64,000 nucleotides of DNA, taken from positions 3,449 to 67,448 of IMG/VR virus record IMGVR_UViG_3300028788_000011. One strand, given 5' to 3'. Positions 54,783-61,110 of this stretch are shown here, in pieces. Source of the DNA: a virus (lineage: Duplodnaviria; Caudoviricetes). The position numbers were made by a program, and so were the translations under genes. The notes under the pieces are model-generated. The model was not told where the DNA came from. It did not search any database and was given only the letters and a program-made list of their open reading frames with translations. The number at the start of each line of letters is the position of its first letter. Position 1 is the first letter of the stretch.

Positions 54783-55414
54783 CGCCGGAACAAATCAAAG
54801 TCGCGGAGCACAACGCGCTTAGGCAACGGCGCGCCGCTGTGCTCGTTACGGTTCGACGGAAAGTCGCCGAAGCAAAAATAGTCCAAGAACTTCGACCCAG
54901 AGACGGTGTACTTGGTATTCGCCGGCGGCGCGCCGCCAGCCCATGTCAGCGTGCCATCGGAATTGACGACAGGGATACCGCCCTCAACTACTGCAGTGCC
55001 ATCGGTCGTCAACCAAAATACGCGATCAATCGAGTTGACCGTCATCACCAGCGCTTCCACCTGCGCGCCATGCGTCAAGACAACGCTGAATTGATTGGTT
55101 GCGTTCAATGCCGTCACGCGGTCATACTGCCCCATTGTGTACATCGGCGAGTCCGATCCGATCGAGACCACGACGTCGCCGCTCTCATAGAGACCGAACT
55201 GTGCCCATGCCCGCTGCGTGGACATGCCAGTCATGCCGGCGACTCCATTCACGCCGGCAAGCCATTGACGACCCTTCCCGAAACAAATAGGGCATGATGG
55301 TTTCGGTGCGCCACTGTGCGGGTCCGTGCATGGGCAGGCGTAGGATTTGCGCCAGGTGTACTGCTGCCCGATTCCGGCCAGGAAGGAATTAAATTTTGAT
55401 GGGCTTAGCTGCAT
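54779..55414 (-). CDS. Head closure protein with zinc finger
   Basis: Start reassigned to ATG 55414 (TGATG coupling); CPCTDP...SCPICFGKG. Confidence 0.7.
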   Translation of the reverse strand: MQLSPSKFNSFLAGIGQQYTWRKSYACPCTDPHSGAPKPSCPICFGKGRQWLAGVNGVAGMTGMSTQRAWAQFGLYESGDVVVSIGSDSPMYTMGQYDRVTALNATNQFSVVLTHGAQVEALVMTVNSIDRVFWLTTDGTAVVEGGIPVVNSDGTLTWAGGAPPANTKYTVSGSKFLDYFCFGDFPSNRNEHSGAPLPKRVVLRDFDLFRR

Positions 55415-56517
55415 CACATCACAATCCCACGAACACCATGGATAGCAGTCTTGAGACCGCCATTCTGCCCCTTGGGGCCGTCGATGAGGACATCGATCAT
55501 GTCGCGATACTTTTCCATGTCGACCGACAGCGACTGGCTGAGCCCGTCGGCGCTGATGCTGTCGCTGGACGGGAAGAACATGTCGCCGATGACGCGCACG
55601 ACCGCCATTTTCTTGATGAGGTCGATTATATCTGGCCACTTCTGCCAGACATCGGTAAGGCCGGCAACATAGGTTATATTGAGGATATGCGGTATCACAC
55701 GCCCGGCGCCGATGAGTTGAATCATGAAGCCGCCCAGCATCGCCATCGAGATGTTCGAAGTCGGTACGATGCGGAGTTGCCCGTATTTCAAATCCCATTT
55801 GAACCAATCCAGCGGCAACACGTAGTTGAAATCATTCTCACTCGGGTAATTGTACATGACCGAGGTCAAGCTGATTAGCGGGCGCTGCCTGAGTTGGATG
55901 AAACTCCAGTTGTCTCCCTGAAACATGGCGGGGTCGTAGTCATAGGCGGGGTCGATATCCCACGGCATACCGTTCAGAGCCGTTATCTGATCGCTTGTGG
56001 GCGGCGTCGGGAAAAATGCCGTCGGCACGAACCTGACCCGCAGGCGGCGACTGGCATCTGATTCAGCCGCGAGTACCCTCTCCCAGATGTAGTCATCGGT
56101 TACGGTGAGGTTCGGCATGATCGTCAACGCCAACAGATAAAGTTGGTCAGAACGGATATCCGAGACGATGAAATCTTTCACGAACAGATCCGAGCGCGTC
56201 GGCGCAGAGTTCGCCACCTCGATATCAAGGCGGAAACGATATGGCTTCCCGTCCACGACGATGACCAACATCGCCACCGGCGGCGCGGTCGTATTGGTCT
56301 GAAGCGCGGTCAATGCGACCGCAACCAGACCCGCAGCCCAATTTGAGCCGGCATCGCCAGACAAGCACGTAATCGCTGGCGTGAATAACGCAGCGCCGGT
56401 GACGACATCGAATAATTGCGCCGTGACGGTCGCCCCGGATGCGATCGGCGTCGGGACGCCATTGGTCAACAACGTAACCGGTACCGTCACTGCTTGATCG
56501 ACAATAATCGTAGTCAT
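55414..56517 (-). CDS. Head-tail adaptor / neck protein
   Basis: TDDYIWERVLAAE, QLRQRP, YVAG, SISADGLSQS. Confidence 0.7.
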   Translation of the reverse strand: MTTIIVDQAVTVPVTLLTNGVPTPIASGATVTAQLFDVVTGAALFTPAITCLSGDAGSNWAAGLVAVALTALQTNTTAPPVAMLVIVVDGKPYRFRLDIEVANSAPTRSDLFVKDFIVSDIRSDQLYLLALTIMPNLTVTDDYIWERVLAAESDASRRLRVRFVPTAFFPTPPTSDQITALNGMPWDIDPAYDYDPAMFQGDNWSFIQLRQRPLISLTSVMYNYPSENDFNYVLPLDWFKWDLKYGQLRIVPTSNISMAMLGGFMIQLIGAGRVIPHILNITYVAGLTDVWQKWPDIIDLIKKMAVVRVIGDMFFPSSDSISADGLSQSLSVDMEKYRDMIDVLIDGPKGQNGGLKTAIHGVRGIVM

Positions 56518-56530
56518 GTGAACCCATTAA

Positions 56531-56565
56531 AAATCCGCTGAGCGGTATTCCCGGACAGCGGATTT
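56531..56565 (-). terminator. Rho-independent terminator
   Basis: AAATCCGCTG/CAGCGGATTT arms followed by a T run on the minus strand. Confidence 0.65.
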
Positions 56566-56586
56566 GTCAGCCGGGGTAGTCCTGGC

Positions 56587-57180
56587 TTAATAGATTGGGC
56601 GGTTTTCCTGCGTTAGCAATGGCACCAACTGACTGTTACCGAGAGCATCAAAATACAGCGTGGTCACGCTGGCAGCATCGAGATTGGTCGTGCCGGCAGT
56701 GAAGTTGCCGCCAGTCGCATTCGATACCACGATGAAGCCGATCAATGCCGAGTAGACTGGTTGCTGAGCACCTACTGGGGCCGGCGCGGTGGCTGCCGCC
56801 AACGAGACCAAATTGGCAATTGCACCGGCAACGGTGGATGCTGGCGTGGCCATTGCCGATGCGCTTAGCGTTCCCGACTGGTTCACATAAAACGCCCAGG
56901 CCGCGCTGTCGGCAGTCGGCAACGTGCCGGCAATGGCTGGCATGCTTGTTGCCGCAGCCACATAAACGATAGCGCCGTTGACCTGAGCCACAAAACCTGA
57001 TGCAGCTGCTGCAAGCGGCGACGCGCCCCCGCTTTTAATCGCCAACCCGGCCTTGGTAATCATGCCCGTATTTTCGAGATTGATCAGATCGCCGATGCAA
57101 TCGCCTACCTTGGCAACGGACATCGCCGGAGACGAATTGTTGACTTGTTCCTGGTTGGAACCCTGCGGGGCTTTGCTCAT
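56587..57180 (-). CDS. Probable head decoration / structural protein
   Basis: Ala-rich ORF two genes downstream of the capsid gene. Confidence 0.6.
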   Translation of the reverse strand: MSKAPQGSNQEQVNNSSPAMSVAKVGDCIGDLINLENTGMITKAGLAIKSGGASPLAAAASGFVAQVNGAIVYVAAATSMPAIAGTLPTADSAAWAFYVNQSGTLSASAMATPASTVAGAIANLVSLAAATAPAPVGAQQPVYSALIGFIVVSNATGGNFTAGTTNLDAASVTTLYFDALGNSQLVPLLTQENRPIY

Positions 57181-57213
57181 TTCATTCTCTCTAAAAAAAT
57201 GGCCGGCGGCCGG

Positions 57214-57543
57214 TTATTCCTTGGCGCTGCCCGCACTCTGCAGAGTCAGCGTGTTTTGCTTTTCAGCGAATTCGTTTGCGTCAACTACCTTCTTGATCTC
57301 AGCGGTGAGGCGTTGCACTTTCCAGCGCGAGTCAACCTTAATGCCAAGCGCAATCGCCTGTTCTGTCAGCGCCAGGATCTCGCTGTCCTGGCTGTCAGCC
57401 AATTCAAAACCGGCGATAGACGTAAAATGCATTGCCTTTTCGTCCGATATTTCCGCCGAGATGAGATGCTCACCGTGGCGTTCAAATACGATGCCGTCTA
57501 TTAACTCGGACGCATATTCCAACTTACAAATTACTCGTGGCAT
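57214..57543 (-). CDS. Small head-region protein with HeH/Rho-N-like tail
   Basis: AIALGIKVDSRWKVQRLTAEI. Confidence 0.65.
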   Translation of the reverse strand: MPRVICKLEYASELIDGIVFERHGEHLISAEISDEKAMHFTSIAGFELADSQDSEILALTEQAIALGIKVDSRWKVQRLTAEIKKVVDANEFAEKQNTLTLQSAGSAKE

Positions 57544-57605
57544 GATCTATTACTCCGACGATTGATAATCCCCCGGCCGGAGCCAGGGGCCGCAGACAGC
57601 CGCGA

Positions 57606-59120
57606 TTACTCGTTCGTGAATGGCCGCCACGTTGCCTTAGAAGGCAAGATGTTTTTGATGTAGCCGTGGTGTTTCGGCTTGGTCATACGCAGATAACCAA
57701 ACAGGAACTGAAACCACGAGATAACGGGTACGCCGCCAACACCGAAAGGCAAAGGAATCTTTGTCATCGGTTGGAATTGGCGCCAGCCGATCGCATCGGC
57801 GGCTTGGCCCATGTTCAACAGCGGAACCTGGAAAGTGCCGGGGATATCGGCATTCCGGTCGGTATAGGTAGTGGTAGCGCCGCCGACTGGAATGACCTTG
57901 AACAGCCGCAGTGTCGACGATGTGTTCGGGCCGTTCTGGTACGAACGATACAAGGCGTATCCGCTTTCGGTTCCTGCGGTCGAACGCGTAATCGTCAACA
58001 CGGCATTGTAGCCGGCGGCGACGGAAGTTTGCGCGCTCTTTACGCAGGCGCTGTAACCCTTGCCAGTGGCATCGATTGCAGCGACAGCCCAATAGTATAA
58101 GCCGGCACGCGAGGCGTTGAACGAACTCGACGGATCCGAATTGGTTGCAATGGTCAGGCTGGCCGGCAGGATACCGGCATTGGCAGTTGCCGCCGCAGTG
58201 TAATTCGTGTCGGTTGCGCCGTCCCAGGGCACGGTCATCGGATTCAATGTATCGTGCAGGAACGTGTCCATATGGGTTTTCAATGCGCCGTGAGTCAGGC
58301 GAATTGCTTCCACATGGCCGCCAAGCATCGGCGTATTCGATCCGGCAGGCATCCAGCGATATGCTGGGTCGAGATCGGTGTTCAAATCGGTCTGCACAGA
58401 CATCGGCAAGAAGGCATCGGTCGACTTACCCCAGCTACCATACCCCTGCACATTCGCGTTGATGGTCGAGAACGGCAGTACGCTATTCAGCTTTGCGCCC
58501 TGCAAGTCATAGACGTTGCCGCTGGACATATTGCCGGCTGCGATCTGCGCATCGATCTGCGTGAAGATACCGTCGAATTGAACCGGCGATGCCGAGGCGT
58601 TGCCGTGGAAAAGCATGTATTCGGCATCGGTCAGCAATTGCAGCGCGCCGTTGCGTTCTTCGACCGCAGTCGCCTCGATGATGTTCTTGCCGATGTTCAG
58701 GACGTACCCGACTTGACGCAGGGACATCAGGAACTTGACCAAGCCGACTTCACGAGCGTAAGCGCCTTGGGCCGATGCGACAACGCCCATTTGAGAATTC
58801 GCCGAACCCGCCAACACGCCACCGACACCGGTCTGACGAACGTATTCGTCGACGATATTCGTCGCGTTGGTCGACTGCAGCATGTTGAACAGCGTGAAGT
58901 TCTCATTCTCCTGGATCACGGTTTTCATGGCCGTATCGAGAGATTGAACGCCAAGCGAGCCGCCGCCGGTCAGGGTCGCGACGTCGGTTTGGTAGTTGCT
59001 GGCTTGGAGGGCTTTTTGCAAGTCCTCGAAGTTGGAAAGGGCCCCGCCTTGCGAGCCGCCCAGAACAGGGTTAGCACCGCCTGGTACCACCCCCGCATAT
59101 TGATTGAAAATTCCTGCCAT
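57606..59120 (-). CDS. Major capsid protein (SPO1/Twort-like lineage)
   Basis: LQKALQASNYQTDVATLTGGGSLGVQSLD, VDEY, EAVEERNG, FDGI; GAGGA RBS. Confidence 0.85.
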   Translation of the reverse strand: MAGIFNQYAGVVPGGANPVLGGSQGGALSNFEDLQKALQASNYQTDVATLTGGGSLGVQSLDTAMKTVIQENENFTLFNMLQSTNATNIVDEYVRQTGVGGVLAGSANSQMGVVASAQGAYAREVGLVKFLMSLRQVGYVLNIGKNIIEATAVEERNGALQLLTDAEYMLFHGNASASPVQFDGIFTQIDAQIAAGNMSSGNVYDLQGAKLNSVLPFSTINANVQGYGSWGKSTDAFLPMSVQTDLNTDLDPAYRWMPAGSNTPMLGGHVEAIRLTHGALKTHMDTFLHDTLNPMTVPWDGATDTNYTAAATANAGILPASLTIATNSDPSSSFNASRAGLYYWAVAAIDATGKGYSACVKSAQTSVAAGYNAVLTITRSTAGTESGYALYRSYQNGPNTSSTLRLFKVIPVGGATTTYTDRNADIPGTFQVPLLNMGQAADAIGWRQFQPMTKIPLPFGVGGVPVISWFQFLFGYLRMTKPKHHGYIKNILPSKATWRPFTNE

Positions 59121-59158
59121 TTTGATTCCTCTTTAAGTTGACGGGTTGGTGGGGTGGG

Positions 59159-59836
59159 TTATGCCAGAACCTTTGCGACCAGAGACTGATCGATTTCGCG
59201 CGCTTGGTTGTTGCGCAGTGCGACATCGATAAATGTCAGGTCTTTGCCGGTGATCTTGCCAGCGTCGAAGGCAGCAGTGGCTTTCACCATGAAGGTCGAG
59301 CCATCGATTTGTCCAGCATTTTCGGACTTCGCTAAAGTCGCCGACGCATTGTCGTGAATGTTCAGCAGCGTCTTGCGGCCATTACCCTGGTTGCCGATTT
59401 TTTGCACATCGCCCTGCAGCGACTTGATGATTTCGGCTTGCCGCGTGATGACCTCGCCTTGTTTCTTGACGATGCCAATGGTCGCGGACAGCGCTTTCGC
59501 GATCACGTCTTCCGTGTCGTCGATGCGCCCGATCAGCGCCTTGACCAGCGCAGTACCGTCTTCAGCCTGGACTTCCTGGCCGTTGATAGTGACAGTCAGC
59601 GACTTCACGAGCGGGTTACCATCCTCGTCGAGTTCTTCGCCTTCGCCTTCTTTTTTCTTGCCTTCGACTTTTTCGCCACCGGTGTTGCCACCGTCTTTCT
59701 TGCCACCCGCTTCACCAGTGCCACCGGCTGCGGCAGCAATGACTTTATCGCCCCCGTCTGCCGGCAGTGCCTTGGCTATGATGTCAAGTTCGCCCAACAG
59801 CGCCTCGAAGGCACCAACTTGTTTTCCATCGCTCAT
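59159..59836 (-). CDS. Capsid scaffold-like protein
   Basis: Between protease and capsid; acidic and coiled-coil with LVKS/IAKA motifs. Confidence 0.65.
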   Translation of the reverse strand: MSDGKQVGAFEALLGELDIIAKALPADGGDKVIAAAAGGTGEAGGKKDGGNTGGEKVEGKKKEGEGEELDEDGNPLVKSLTVTINGQEVQAEDGTALVKALIGRIDDTEDVIAKALSATIGIVKKQGEVITRQAEIIKSLQGDVQKIGNQGNGRKTLLNIHDNASATLAKSENAGQIDGSTFMVKATAAFDAGKITGKDLTFIDVALRNNQAREIDQSLVAKVLA

Positions 59837-60738
59837 GTCGCACTCCGTTTTTTGTTTAAACCAGTTTTCAAATCGCGGTAAAACCGCTCCACATACTCAG
59901 CCGCGTCGCTGAGCGCGAGGCCAAATCTTTTGTTGCAATATTCGATAAGTGCCTTCGGGTTCGGTTTCGCGGCACCGCTCTTGATGGCGCCGGCGATGAT
60001 GTCGCGGAACTCGAAATAATTTTTCGGTGCGCCATCGAGAGACTGCATGCCGAGCGCGCCGCCGCCAGAGAGATTCGCCATGTCGGTGCTGTAGCTGGCT
60101 TCGAGAGCCTTGACAAAATCCAGACCGGCCACGCCCCAACTTTTGGCAAGCACACCGAACGGGACCGTCGCAACGGTCGGGACGGCTTGATTGACGGGTG
60201 TTTTACTAAACCCAATATTACTCCAGCGCACTTTTTTTACGTACGCTTTGCGGCTTTTTGTGTCTGGGTCGATCTCGACTGCGGTTTCCATAACATGTCC
60301 GCCGACGGATGGGTACCAGCGCGCTGGCGGGCTAATATCGACCAAGCTTGACCAGAATTCGTTGGCTTTTTCGCTGGCAGGACCACTACCAGTAGCGATG
60401 AGACCCTTCACGAAGGTAGCACCGCCGGAAAATTTGACATCTACTGGTCGCCCGATTTCGAAGAGTTCACAACCAGGTATTCCTGGTGTGCCAAGTTTCG
60501 GATTGGGTTTTCCGATCAGTGTATAGTGGTCGATATCGAGATTCCCATACTGCAGGAACCAATCGGCGCTATCGCGCAACGCTTTTTGAAGAACTACTTC
60601 ATTTTGCTGGTCCTCGACCTCGTTGGATGCTTCGATATAGATGAATCGATTGTTTCCCTCCATGCGCGGAGTCGCCTTGAGCATCGAGCCGATGCACAGA
60701 TATTCGGGGCAATTCGCCAATAGTTGGGTGTCGTCCAT
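59833..60738 (-). CDS. Prohead protease-like protein
   Basis: IYIEASNEVEDQQNE, GNLDIDH, FVKG, PSVGG, IGFSKTPVN; ATG 60738 follows a late-promoter motif. Confidence 0.75.
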   Translation of the reverse strand: MDDTQLLANCPEYLCIGSMLKATPRMEGNNRFIYIEASNEVEDQQNEVVLQKALRDSADWFLQYGNLDIDHYTLIGKPNPKLGTPGIPGCELFEIGRPVDVKFSGGATFVKGLIATGSGPASEKANEFWSSLVDISPPARWYPSVGGHVMETAVEIDPDTKSRKAYVKKVRWSNIGFSKTPVNQAVPTVATVPFGVLAKSWGVAGLDFVKALEASYSTDMANLSGGGALGMQSLDGAPKNYFEFRDIIAGAIKSGAAKPNPKALIEYCNKRFGLALSDAAEYVERFYRDLKTGLNKKRSAT

Positions 60739-60745
60739 GCCATCG

Positions 60746-60761
60746 AGTATCAAGTCACGAC
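60746..60761 (-). promoter_or_regulatory. Late-promoter-like motif GTCGTGAC-TT-GATACT, 7 nt before ATG 60738
   Basis: Motif match right after a terminator. Confidence 0.7.
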
Positions 60762-60773
60762 GGCAACATGCGC

Positions 60774-60798
60774 AAAAAAAAAGCCGCCCGAAGGCGGC
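60774..60798 (-). terminator. Rho-independent terminator
   Basis: GCCGCC-TTCG-GGCGGC followed by T9. Confidence 0.85.
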
Positions 60799-60827
60799 GA
60801 AGGTCGGCGCTGCGAGTAATCGGTTGG

Positions 60828-61076
60828 CTAAGTCTGCAGCACGGCGCGCGCTTTCGCGATGACTTGGTTAAGTTGTCCGCGCTCGCGAATTAGGTCCATG
60901 TAGGCGTCGCCATCGGTAGTGATCGCGCCCGGGCGCGTGCGATCGATATCGGCTTGCACATCGGCCAGCCGTTTGACAGCAACTTCCAGGATGCGGCGTT
61001 CAGCCGCCGCAGTCTGATGCGCCATGGCGGCGAGTTCGCCTAAATGGCGGGTTGTTGTGTCGATGTTGGTTTGCAT
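60828..61076 (-). CDS. 82-aa helical protein with its own promoter and terminator
   Basis: ATG 61076 lies 6 nt after TTGCAA-N16-TATACT. Confidence 0.6.
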   Translation of the reverse strand: MQTNIDTTTRHLGELAAMAHQTAAAERRILEVAVKRLADVQADIDRTRPGAITTDGDAYMDLIRERGQLNQVIAKARAVLQT

Positions 61077-61082
61077 GTCAGT

Positions 61083-61110
61083 AGTATAATCAAATAAGAG
61101 TATTTTGCAA
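61083..61110 (-). promoter_or_regulatory. Sigma70-like promoter TTGCAA-N16-TATACT
   Basis: Near-consensus hexamers; TTTGATTA box in the spacer. Confidence 0.6.

Noticed and set aside
55415-55807. Longer N-terminus for 54779..55807
   Set aside because: Lies inside the adaptor gene; ATG 55414 is TGATG-coupled
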